Positions 35,150 to 42,687 of a stretch of DNA of 45,533 nucleotides are shown piece by piece. Position 1 is the stretch's first letter, and each line of letters starts with the position of its first letter. Both the position numbers and the translations under genes were made by a program. The notes under the pieces were generated by a model. That model saw only the letters and a list, made by a program, of their open reading frames with translations, was not told the DNA's origin and ran no database searches. Source of the DNA: a virus; IMG/VR virus record IMGVR_UViG_3300048997_000046, positions 1 through 45,533 of that record. One strand, given 5' to 3'.

Positions 35150-35364
35150 AGCACGATTTACACACCGTGGGAGAGGCGCTGTTCGGTAATCAGTGGCGGT
35201 GTCCTCTCGCACGGGCTTTGGGAGTCAGTGAACGCACGATGCGATACTGGGCGGCGGGACAGTTCACGGATGCTATTCCGTGGGATGAGATCGCTGCCCT
35301 TTGTCGTGTGCGGGATTTGGCGCTTACGACACTGGCGAAGCAACTCACGCGGCTTTCCGAGTAA
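35146..35364 (+). CDS. HTH DNA-binding protein, 72 aa
   Basis: HTH LARALGVSERTMRYWAAG. GTGA coupling. Confidence 0.6.
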   Translation: MKHDLHTVGEALFGNQWRCPLARALGVSERTMRYWAAGQFTDAIPWDEIAALCRVRDLALTTLAKQLTRLSE

Positions 35365-35848
35365 CCAACCCAGCCGCTTCGGCCATTTCCTTCAATGCGG
35401 TTGATTTGGCAAACTCGCGGGCGCTCAGATTGTCGTCGTTGATGCGCCAGCGGCTTTCAACCGCTTCAATGAACGTGACCCAGCCGGAGAACAGGCGCTT
35501 GAGGCTGTTGTATTCGTAGTGCGGCACGTCCGCGAACAAGCGACCATCCGGCAGGCGCAATTCCTCGAAGAAATTGGATATGGCCTTGATAGTGCCACGA
35601 CAGCCGCGCTGCCCTATTTCGCGCACGATAGTCTGTACCGCAGCATTTCGGGATGCGCGCGCCTCAGGTGTTTTGCGTGCCTTGTCGTCCAAGAATCGGC
35701 GGCCTGTCGCGTGGCACCATTCGCTGAAAATGGTATCGCGGTACTCGCCCATCTGCCGCACAAGGTCTGCACCCAGCATGTCCGCAGTCTGGTATGGGCT
35801 CGCAGCACAAATCTCATGCGCCCGCCGGTGAGCGTTCATGTCATCCAT
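35345..35848 (-). CDS. Hypothetical protein, 167 aa (last gene of the early-right operon)
   Basis: ORF track. Its 3' end overlaps the convergent gene 35146..35364 by 20 nt. Confidence 0.6.
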   Translation of the reverse strand: MDDMNAHRRAHEICAASPYQTADMLGADLVRQMGEYRDTIFSEWCHATGRRFLDDKARKTPEARASRNAAVQTIVREIGQRGCRGTIKAISNFFEELRLPDGRLFADVPHYEYNSLKRLFSGWVTFIEAVESRWRINDDNLSAREFAKSTALKEMAEAAGLVTRKAA

Positions 35849-36252
35849 TGTCCAGTTTCCTCAAAATGCGTCAATTGCTTTAGGGCGGCCATTTGAAGGC
35901 CGCGCCGCTTTCTTTCCAGGTCTCTGGCGTGGGATCGGTTGGCTGCGTAGTACGCCTTAGTTTGTTCGTTCTGCACGACAGGCCCGCACACCGAACAATA
36001 TTTTTGGCCTCCACCGCTCCGCACGTAGGAGCCGCCGCAACGCGCACACTGATCCAGGATTCCGAGAGGCTTGTATGCGGCACCCGCGTGCATTGCGTAC
36101 CAATCGCGCGCCCAGTTGTTATGACAGGTTCTGCAAAACTGTTTTTTGCCTGTTGATCGCTCTGAAAAGTGACCGTTTTGACAAGGCTTCCCGGTAAAGT
36201 ACCATTTCAGCCCCCGTTGGCGAGCACTCTTCAGTGAAACAACTCGCTTCAT
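35836..36252 (-). CDS. Zinc-finger protein, 138 aa (YFTGKPCQNGH motif)
   Basis: ATG 36252 lies directly after the upstream stop. Several CxxC pairs. Confidence 0.55.
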   Translation of the reverse strand: MKRVVSLKSARQRGLKWYFTGKPCQNGHFSERSTGKKQFCRTCHNNWARDWYAMHAGAAYKPLGILDQCARCGGSYVRSGGGQKYCSVCGPVVQNEQTKAYYAANRSHARDLERKRRGLQMAALKQLTHFEETGQWMT

Positions 36253-36253
36253 G

Positions 36254-36652
36254 TCACGCCGCCTCCAGTGCCGCAGCAATAGCCGTAGGCTGCGGCGTTT
36301 CCTCTTTCGGCCATGAGAACGGGCGCATTGGTTTCGGCCAATGCCGTTCTTCCCAAAAGTCCGTAGCGACCACGATCTTACCCATCTTGCGGACGCGCTC
36401 GAATAGCACGGAAGCGCGATCCACCTCATCCTGAGTCGGAACGCGATCGCCCTTTTCCGTGTTGCAGTGATTGCAGGCTAGCACGATATTGCGCGTGGAT
36501 TGTCCGCCTGCCCGCTTCGGCCAAAGATGGTCCTTGCTCCATTGGCTGGGACGGCGACCACGGCCCTGTCGCGGCGGCCCGCTGAATTCATGCCCGCAAT
36601 AGAAGCAGCGGCCGTCTTGGCAGGCACAGAGAATGGCAACGAGCGTGGTCAC
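36254..36652 (-). CDS. HNH endonuclease (2 of 3)
   Basis: CFYCGHEF...KDHLWP...NIVLACNHCNTEKGD. GTGA coupling. Confidence 0.75.
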   Translation of the reverse strand: MTTLVAILCACQDGRCFYCGHEFSGPPRQGRGRRPSQWSKDHLWPKRAGGQSTRNIVLACNHCNTEKGDRVPTQDEVDRASVLFERVRKMGKIVVATDFWEERHWPKPMRPFSWPKEETPQPTAIAAALEAA

Positions 36653-37398
36653 GGCACGGCCACCAGCTCAATCCGCAGCCCAAGCGCCTGTACCCAATCC
36701 ATCAGATTATCGGCGCGCGGAATCCGTCCATCGTCCTGATGCGGAATTTCCCATTTGCTTACCTGTCCCTGTCCGCACAGAATCTTGTCGTCCAAGGCTT
36801 CCTGGGCGATTTTGAGGGCCTTCCGGCGCTCGATCAGCAGATGGCACAGTTCAGGCCATTGCGTGGCCCAGCGGCCTTGTGGGGCGACGGGTGCTCCACA
36901 TTTGGAGGATTCGGGTCGATGCTGTTTGCGGGTTTCAACAATGTCGTTCCATGCGGCGCCGGTTTCGGCTGTCTCAGGCCGTGTGATCTGGCGCTGGAAG
37001 TCGCGGACTATGGCATTGGCTTGCTCGATAGTGGTAGTTCCGGCGACATCGCCACTTGCGATCGCGGCCTCGAGCTGCTCACTCGTCAACGGGCGAAGCG
37101 CGTCCAGCGCCGTTGGGCTTTTCGGAAGATTTAAGAAGCTACCTAAGTTTAGGAATGGCTCATGCCGCGCTAATCGTCGGAACATGGCCGAACTGTCCGG
37201 GTCTAACCCAAGGTGCTGACGGACAATCTCCATGAAGCGCCCGTGACCAGCGATGGTCTTCAGATCTTCGAGCGCCTTGCCAAGCTCGATCACCTCCATA
37301 AACGAGCGCCGGATGGCGGCGCGTGCCCGGCGAACGAGGATTGATTCCTCCTCGGTCAATTCAATTGTGGCTTCCGGCTTGAACGCGACGATGCTCAT
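36649..37398 (-). CDS. DUF3102-like protein with a C-terminal XRE-type HTH
   Basis: [28 protein letters not shown] pattern. ATGA coupling at 37398. Confidence 0.5.
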   Translation of the reverse strand: MSIVAFKPEATIELTEEESILVRRARAAIRRSFMEVIELGKALEDLKTIAGHGRFMEIVRQHLGLDPDSSAMFRRLARHEPFLNLGSFLNLPKSPTALDALRPLTSEQLEAAIASGDVAGTTTIEQANAIVRDFQRQITRPETAETGAAWNDIVETRKQHRPESSKCGAPVAPQGRWATQWPELCHLLIERRKALKIAQEALDDKILCGQGQVSKWEIPHQDDGRIPRADNLMDWVQALGLRIELVAVP

Positions 37399-37958
37399 GT
37401 GACTGGCCTCACAGATTCTGGTGTTCGGCATCGCGGGCAAGGCGGTGAGCGCCATTTCTGAGTCTGTGGCTTGCGGCGCCCCACCCATCCGCAATTTGCG
37501 CATTTGCATGGCGGGTACTGGTACCCGTCGCTTTTTGGAATTGATGTGCGCCGCCCGGCGAACGAGTTTCCCTTTGCCAGATTGGCTCGCCTAGAGAGGA
37601 TTTGGAGATTCCACGGCACGTGCAGCCCACAAACATCCGCAGAGATAAGCGGCACGATATGGTCAACATCCACCACTTCTCCGCGCTTGTACGCGGCGTG
37701 CGCTTCGGCATAGATGGCACGAATTGCCACTCTGTCAGCCCATGGCGGCTGCGCGCGGCGAGCGCGAGCAGATGCGTTGCTAACCAATCCATTGATGCGG
37801 TTGCCGTCGGCGGTTTCGAGATTGCGGAGACGGCCCTGCAAATACCGCGCTTCGGCGGATGACGCTTTCCATTCCGCATACGCCGCCCTAATGCCTTCCG
37901 CCAGTTCCGCCCGCAGATTCGACGGCGGTTCCACAATCGCAACTGCTGCCATGCTCAT
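37395..37958 (-). CDS. HNH endonuclease (3 of 3) with a C-terminal zinc ribbon
   Basis: DVDHIVPL...[21 protein letters not shown], then CKCANCG...CPRC. Confidence 0.75.
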   Translation of the reverse strand: MSMAAVAIVEPPSNLRAELAEGIRAAYAEWKASSAEARYLQGRLRNLETADGNRINGLVSNASARARRAQPPWADRVAIRAIYAEAHAAYKRGEVVDVDHIVPLISADVCGLHVPWNLQILSRRANLAKGNSFAGRRTSIPKSDGYQYPPCKCANCGWVGRRKPQTQKWRSPPCPRCRTPESVRPVT

Positions 37959-37973
37959 GTTCTCAGCCCTTTC

Positions 37974-38153
37974 TCAGCCCTCCACACGCTTGCCCATGCT
38001 TGCCAACATCGCTTGGCACGTCGCCATTTGCTGCTCGTTCATCGGGCCCATGCGCACATAGTCGGTTTCGAGATAGGTGCCGTCGTTGTGCTGAACCTTG
38101 CGCCATTTGGGTTCCACGAACTTCTTCGTTCCAATGTACCACTCAATGCTCAT
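37974..38153 (-). CDS. Hypothetical protein, 59 aa
   Basis: ATG 38153 (the ORF track starts 2 codons earlier, at TTG). Confidence 0.5.
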   Translation of the reverse strand: MSIEWYIGTKKFVEPKWRKVQHNDGTYLETDYVRMGPMNEQQMATCQAMLASMGKRVEG

Positions 38154-38155
38154 GC

Positions 38156-38314
38156 TCAAAGCTCCTCAGGCTCGGAAAGCCGCAATTCGACCGCGCGCGC
38201 TACCATTTCCGCATAGGCTTCTGGGTTCTCTTGGCGAAAGCGCTGCATCGCCTTGATGCTTGGAAGCGCCTCAGCGGCTGGGCTCTTGCCGTACAGTTCG
38301 TGCAATTCGTTCAT
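38156..38314 (-). CDS. Small protein, 52 aa (MNELHELYGKSPAAEALPSIKAMQRF...); below the ORF-track cutoff
   Basis: Hand-translated with length checked at 159 nt. AAGGGA lies 7 nt upstream. Its stop is 2 nt before the next ATG. Confidence 0.5.
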   Translation of the reverse strand: MNELHELYGKSPAAEALPSIKAMQRFRQENPEAYAEMVARAVELRLSEPEEL

Positions 38315-38862
38315 GGCACATCCCTTCGACCAGAATCATAACCTGATTTGCCCCGCTGGTGAATCATGCGCGATCAACGCTCACGTACAATTCTCCCATA
38401 GTTCCGCTTTCCGCTAACCCGGCTCTGTTTCCAGAGTGCAGCCTGCCGGGGCACCTTCAGCACGTATAACCTCACTCGCTATTCAGCCTTTGAGTGCCAA
38501 AAACCATATTTGGCCCTCGCAGCTGCGGGGCGCACCCCGCCCGGCTGGCCCTTCCGAGCCACACTTAGCCGTACGTTTGGTGAGGTTGTCCTTAGTCCGG
38601 TGCGGACTGTCAGGGGCTCGGAACCGGAAGCTCTGCCTTCCGTAAAGTTCGCCCGTGCGCATCTCGATTTTTGGGAGGGTCGAGCAACCCCGTTGTAAAC
38701 ACACAAAGGATCGGCTATGTTCGCTGCGTGCTGAACGATACTTACCGATGAGGCCGCTTGTGTTTACAAACACGGCGGCCTTCTTCTTTTCGCACATGCC
38801 CTTCGGCTCAATCGGCGCACTGGCCGGGCCACTTGAAGCCGTACGAGAAGAAACTGCGTAGA
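38315..38862. other. 548-bp structured noncoding gap inside the early-right operon: candidate replication origin and/or ncRNA
   Basis: No credible ORF. Contains a 10-bp inverted repeat TGTAAACACA (38694..38703 / 38759..38768) and a GCGGGG-CGCA-CCCCGC hairpin (38525..38540). Also has 18-mer direct repeats at 38558 and 38828 and several other 6-bp hairpins. Confidence 0.45.
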
Positions 38863-39360
38863 TCATGCCGCGATTCCAATCTGCTTTGGAGCGGCACATT
38901 CGATCTGGACTGCTGACATTTCAGCAGCAATGGCCTTGAGTTCCCGCGCTCCCGCCTCCCGCCGCGCGGCGATGTAGGCCTTTTGTGTGCATAACTCCCA
39001 TGCAGGCGGCGCTTCGATGAAAGTCAACAATTCACCCACACGTGGATAGAATTTGGCGTCCCGGCGGCGATGCGCTGCAATCGAATCCCGAATGTCACCT
39101 ATTTGGTAAGGCCGAAGGTCGCGCACGTAATCCGCATACAGATTTTTCGCCTGTTCGGGTGTGAAGTCTGGCCGCCAGTAATGCAAGGCGAGACGCCCAA
39201 GCATACACAGGATTGTTTGGTCTTTTGCTTTGGAAGCTGCAATAATCGCGGGGTCGCGGGTCTCAGGCACGGCGAGAAGATGCAGCCATGCGCCAATCTC
39301 TTTCGGGCCGTCACCAATGAGCGCGGCAATACCTGCCAGGTGGTTGCCGATGGCTGTCAT
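38863..39360 (-). CDS. Hypothetical protein, 165 aa (replication module by position)
   Basis: ATGA coupling at 39360. Confidence 0.55.
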   Translation of the reverse strand: MTAIGNHLAGIAALIGDGPKEIGAWLHLLAVPETRDPAIIAASKAKDQTILCMLGRLALHYWRPDFTPEQAKNLYADYVRDLRPYQIGDIRDSIAAHRRRDAKFYPRVGELLTFIEAPPAWELCTQKAYIAARREAGARELKAIAAEMSAVQIECAAPKQIGIAA

Positions 39361-39629
39361 TCCACGGCCACCCTGTACATCCAAAGCCCATTGCCGAGAT
39401 TCTTGTGTTCCGTGCGGAAGCCGAGACGCTTGAGATCGCGGAATCGTGCGCTGCATGATGCCGGCGGATCGCCTGTCTCGCGGCTGATTTGATCGAGTGT
39501 GCGTTCCTTGCCGTCTTTCAGACAGTCGAAGACGCGCTGCATTTGGGGCGCAAGGCGGCGTTCATCGGCGCCCGTGATAAATGGCCCCCGCGGCTTCCAC
39601 GCCAGCAAATCGAGCTGCTGAAGCATCAC
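39357..39629 (-). CDS. Winged-helix DNA-binding protein, 90 aa
   Basis: RTLDQISRETGDPPASCSARFRDLKRLGF pattern. Coupled on both sides. Confidence 0.55.
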   Translation of the reverse strand: MMLQQLDLLAWKPRGPFITGADERRLAPQMQRVFDCLKDGKERTLDQISRETGDPPASCSARFRDLKRLGFRTEHKNLGNGLWMYRVAVE

Positions 39630-40042
39630 TCGCCCACCTCCTGGTTGGAGAGGGAGCGGGCGATTTCATCTTCAGGAAGAACGCGAAACGGCAACCGGCT
39701 TGGCTGTAGAGCGTTCGTGAGGCTCGCTGGCGGCAATGACGCGAGTTTCGCGAAGTCAGATAGCCGCAGCACAACGAGGATGTCTGAGCGCGGCTGTGTG
39801 AGCATCAGCGCGTAGCGGCCCTCAAGCCAGCCGTAGAGGGTTTTGAACCCCGCGCCTCGTTTGCTGGTCTTGCATTCGATGCGCTTATCTTCGCCGCGGA
39901 CCGGCACGTTGATGTCGCCAGTGAACGATCCGCCGGCCGAGCCGCTTAACGGGATACGTTCGGCTCCGATGCCATCGCCTTGCAGTTCCTTGACGCAACG
40001 CCGCTCGAATTTGTTGCCCTTGATCCGGTTCGGGTGCGTCAT
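39626..40042 (-). CDS. PD-(D/E)XK nuclease, Hjc-like Holliday junction resolvase
   Basis: GNKFERRCVKEL...SGSAGGSFTGDI...RIECK (D ... E-x-K). ATGA coupling. Confidence 0.55.
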   Translation of the reverse strand: MTHPNRIKGNKFERRCVKELQGDGIGAERIPLSGSAGGSFTGDINVPVRGEDKRIECKTSKRGAGFKTLYGWLEGRYALMLTQPRSDILVVLRLSDFAKLASLPPASLTNALQPSRLPFRVLPEDEIARSLSNQEVGE

Positions 40043-40230
40043 CCTTCGCCCCCATTGCAGCCGGTGACTTCGCAGTTTGGTTCGTCGGGCTGGCAACGTT
40101 TGCGCTGTTCCTCATCACGGTCCATGCCGTAAGCGATCAGCAGCGCCCCTATCTCGTAGATGTCCTTCGCCTTCTGCATATGTCTGGCATAGCGCTGTAC
40201 GAGCGGGGAGAATTCGGGGCCGAGGGTCAT
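40039..40230 (-). CDS. Hypothetical protein, 63 aa
   Basis: ORF track; coupled. Confidence 0.5.
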   Translation of the reverse strand: MTLGPEFSPLVQRYARHMQKAKDIYEIGALLIAYGMDRDEEQRKRCQPDEPNCEVTGCNGGEG

Positions 40231-40412
40231 GTAAACCTCTTGATGCCCCGTTCATTCAGTTTTTCTAGGAGCGCAGACGCCTCCTTGATTTTGCGCGTAA
40301 GAACACCCTTGCGGGCGCCGGAAGCTTTCGCGCGTTCCGCATGTAGATCACGCAGTGTCGCTGCCCACTGCTCAGAGCAGTGCGCTTGATTTGCAAAAAT
40401 ATTCTCAGTCAT
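40227..40412 (-). CDS. Hypothetical protein, 61 aa
   Basis: ORF track; coupled. Confidence 0.5.
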   Translation of the reverse strand: MTENIFANQAHCSEQWAATLRDLHAERAKASGARKGVLTRKIKEASALLEKLNERGIKRFT

Positions 40413-40493
40413 TTTGCCACTCCTTCGTCAGGCTCATAGAGAAGCGCCACGAATCCCGTATGCTGAGGATGGAATTGAGCAGCCAGCGGATCA

Positions 40494-41174
40494 TCAGGCT
40501 GCCCTCTGATTGTCAGCCAGTTCGCGGCGCTCACGGATGGGCGCGTTCCACGGAAGGTCCATCTCCGCTTTCGCAGCGGGCGTGCGCTCCACATGCAGCT
40601 TCTCGAAGCGGGGCAGAGAGAGAATGGCGAACCGGACGGACGTGTGATCGAACCCGGCCACCCCGCCTATTCCATTGTGGGAAAAGCCGTCATCGGCCAA
40701 TGCTTTCCATGCCCGCGCCCGCGCCAGAGTGACCAGCCGCTGCTTTGCGCCACCAATGACATGAGACGGCGAGACTTTCAGACGCTTGGCTTGGAAACTG
40801 GCGGCGGCAAACCATTGGGCTTCTGACGGTGCCCGTGCCGGACAACCAAGCTTGACATGCTCCCTGCAATGCAGGGCTATCATGTTCGTCAGACGCTTCC
40901 CGCACACAGCACAGCCAGGCAATGTGTCACGGCGGCGCTGACGCTCCGCCTTCCAGCACCACTGACAGCGCGTGTGATAAACCACGACCCCGCAGTCGAT
41001 GCATCTGTTCCGCTTCTCGTTCCGCACAATACCTCTCCCGTCCGCGTTACTCACGCGAGTCCCTTGTTTCAATTCCCACCCGAGCGATGCCCTTCGACAC
41101 TCACCCGCTGCATCGCCCAGCAGCGGATGTACGGTTATGCGGCGCGTTTGCGCTCTTGTTCTGGTTCGCCCCAC
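40494..41174 (-). CDS. DnaA domain IV (DnaA-box binding HTH) protein with N-terminal Cys clusters; start uncertain (41174 or GTG 41064)
   Basis: The C-terminal half, KQRLVTLARARAWKALADDGFSHNGIGGVAGFDHTSVRFAI, resembles the DnaA C-terminal domain. N-terminus has CIDCG..CQWC and CAVCG..HCREH. Confidence 0.55.
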   Translation of the reverse strand: MGRTRTRAQTRRITVHPLLGDAAGECRRASLGWELKQGTRVSNADGRGIVRNEKRNRCIDCGVVVYHTRCQWCWKAERQRRRDTLPGCAVCGKRLTNMIALHCREHVKLGCPARAPSEAQWFAAASFQAKRLKVSPSHVIGGAKQRLVTLARARAWKALADDGFSHNGIGGVAGFDHTSVRFAILSLPRFEKLHVERTPAAKAEMDLPWNAPIRERRELADNQRAA

Positions 41175-41725
41175 TGCTCAGCCATCGCAGCAGCAATGCC
41201 AGGCAGTGTGCGGGACCGTTCTTTCCAGCGGTCAGGAGACGGCGGCGCCCGATGAACGCGGGCCGCACGGCCTTCGACAATTTCTGTTGGTGTCAGGGCC
41301 GGCAGATTCTTGAGCCAAAGGCATGTCGCCTTGGTTTCGCCGTGCCCGAATTGCCACGGCTGGATGATCTGCTCCGGCTTACGAATGCGCGTGCTGATGA
41401 TGGAAATCGGGTTTTCAATGGCGATCCGCGGGATACTGCAAGCCATGATCCAACGCACGAAATCAAGCGCGGACTCTTGCTCTGGACCCTTGCCCCTGAA
41501 CCAACGCGCACCCGATATAGCCAAGTGCGTGCAAGGCGGAAACGCGATAAGCATATCCCACTGCAAGCAGTCACTGAGGGATCGCAGAAGATGCTGGATG
41601 CTATCCTGATAGTGCGGCCCAGGGCGTTCACTGGGCAGCAGATCGCACGACCACGCATCATGCCCGCGGGCAATAAAGGCATCGCGGACAACGCCGGAAA
41701 ATTCGCAGGCGACGAGAACCCTCAT
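41135..41725 (-). CDS. Short C5-cytosine methyltransferase-like protein, 196 aa
   Basis: MRVLVACEFSG, FPPCTHLAISG (a PC catalytic-type motif) and AIENP (ENV-like). No recognisable target-recognition region. Confidence 0.45.
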   Translation of the reverse strand: MRVLVACEFSGVVRDAFIARGHDAWSCDLLPSERPGPHYQDSIQHLLRSLSDCLQWDMLIAFPPCTHLAISGARWFRGKGPEQESALDFVRWIMACSIPRIAIENPISIISTRIRKPEQIIQPWQFGHGETKATCLWLKNLPALTPTEIVEGRAARVHRAPPSPDRWKERSRTLPGIAAAMAEQWGEPEQERKRAA

Positions 41726-42136
41726 GCGCCCCCGCCCCCGTGCCGGCGCATGGGATTCCGTATCGTGCCGTGGCGGTGGAAAACACCGGCAGCGAGTGCA
41801 GCGAACCAAAGTGTGATGCCCCACCACACCATGTTCAGCGCCGTACCGAATAGATTTTACGAGCGTCAGGATCGAAGCGCGCGCATCCGATCGTGAGCGG
41901 TCCGTTTCGACCCGATGAACAGCGAGATTCAATCAGCGCCAGAACCTCACGCGCGGTCAGGACTCCGGTAACCCTACCGGCCGGAACCGATTGCGTCCGC
42001 GAAGGGTCTGCGCCTACGCGATCTGGAATGGATGAGCAGGCGCAGTCGCTAACCGCGCGGGTCGAGGCACTGGAAGATGCCTTGGTGCTGCTTGTCGGCG
42101 CGTTGATGCGCGTCGGGGTGCCCGTGCGCGAGGAGT

Positions 42137-42367
42137 TCATCGCTGCACTCCAGGCAGCCATCGCAGCCGCGCGCCAAACCAATCAGCGTAGCGAGAAAAT
42201 CGCCGTGCTGAGGCTTTTCGCGGACATGGCAGAAGCAGCGCGCGGGCTTGAGCCAGACGGTCGATAAGTTCGGCGTAGGGACGGCCATCGATTAACGAAG
42301 ATTGAGAGGTAACGTTACCGGCGCGATTTGCTGCCATTGCTGGCGCGCATTGGTTAAGGGCGCTCAT
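42137..42367 (-). CDS. Possible early protein, 76 aa (conflicts with plus-strand ORF 42028..42267)
   Basis: ATGA coupling to the Cro-like gene, but codon bias is weak in the overlapped half. Confidence 0.35.
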   Translation of the reverse strand: MSALNQCAPAMAANRAGNVTSQSSLIDGRPYAELIDRLAQARALLLPCPRKASARRFSRYADWFGARLRWLPGVQR

Positions 42368-42600
42368 GCGGCGGCTTGTTGTTTTTGGTTAGGAATGTGA
42401 GCCGGTTTGGGGGGCGCGTAGCCACGAATGAAGGCGCGAACTTTATCAACGGTGGCGAGCGTCAGCCCTCCGCCTTCCCGTAACCGTGTCACAAATTTTC
42501 CGTCGTTCACGGCCAATCGGCCGAACGTGGATTCGGTCATTTGCACTTCACGGCGCGCAAGGAACGCCTCGATCTCAACGAGAAGTTCTTGTGTGGTCAT
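42364..42600 (-). CDS. cro: Cro-like early regulator
   Basis: Divergent from the repressor across the operator region. First gene after the TTGACA-17-CATATT promoter. Confidence 0.6.
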   Translation of the reverse strand: MTTQELLVEIEAFLARREVQMTESTFGRLAVNDGKFVTRLREGGGLTLATVDKVRAFIRGYAPPKPAHIPNQKQQAAA

Positions 42601-42607
42601 GCTGGCG

Positions 42608-42684
42608 AATATGATGGGCTATTGCCCAAGTGTCAATGGGCTATTGCCCAAGTGACTATCATGCTTCCAGTGGGCAATGTCCCA
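42608..42684. promoter_or_regulatory. Immunity operator/promoter region: three operators plus a rightward (minus-strand) promoter
   Basis: TGGGCTATTGCCCA at 42615..42628 and 42637..42650 (22-bp phasing), and the variant TGGGCAATGTCCCA at 42671..42684. Minus-strand -35 TTGACA at 42631..42636 and -10 CATATT at 42608..42613. Confidence 0.7.
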
Positions 42685-42687
42685 CTC

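Noticed and set aside
38483-38899. 138-aa minus-strand ORF spanning the structured gap.
   Set aside because: It overlaps the end of the upstream gene, has no RBS and has Ser/Arg/Gly/Cys-rich non-protein-like composition. It also runs straight through the hairpins and repeats.
40409-40594. 61-aa minus-strand ORF ending in ATGA coupling with 40227..40412.
   Set aside because: Its first 100 nt overlap the DnaA-IV gene, and it has no internal start downstream of that gene's stop. It remains unresolved against the 29-aa TGATG-coupled frame, so I did not call it.
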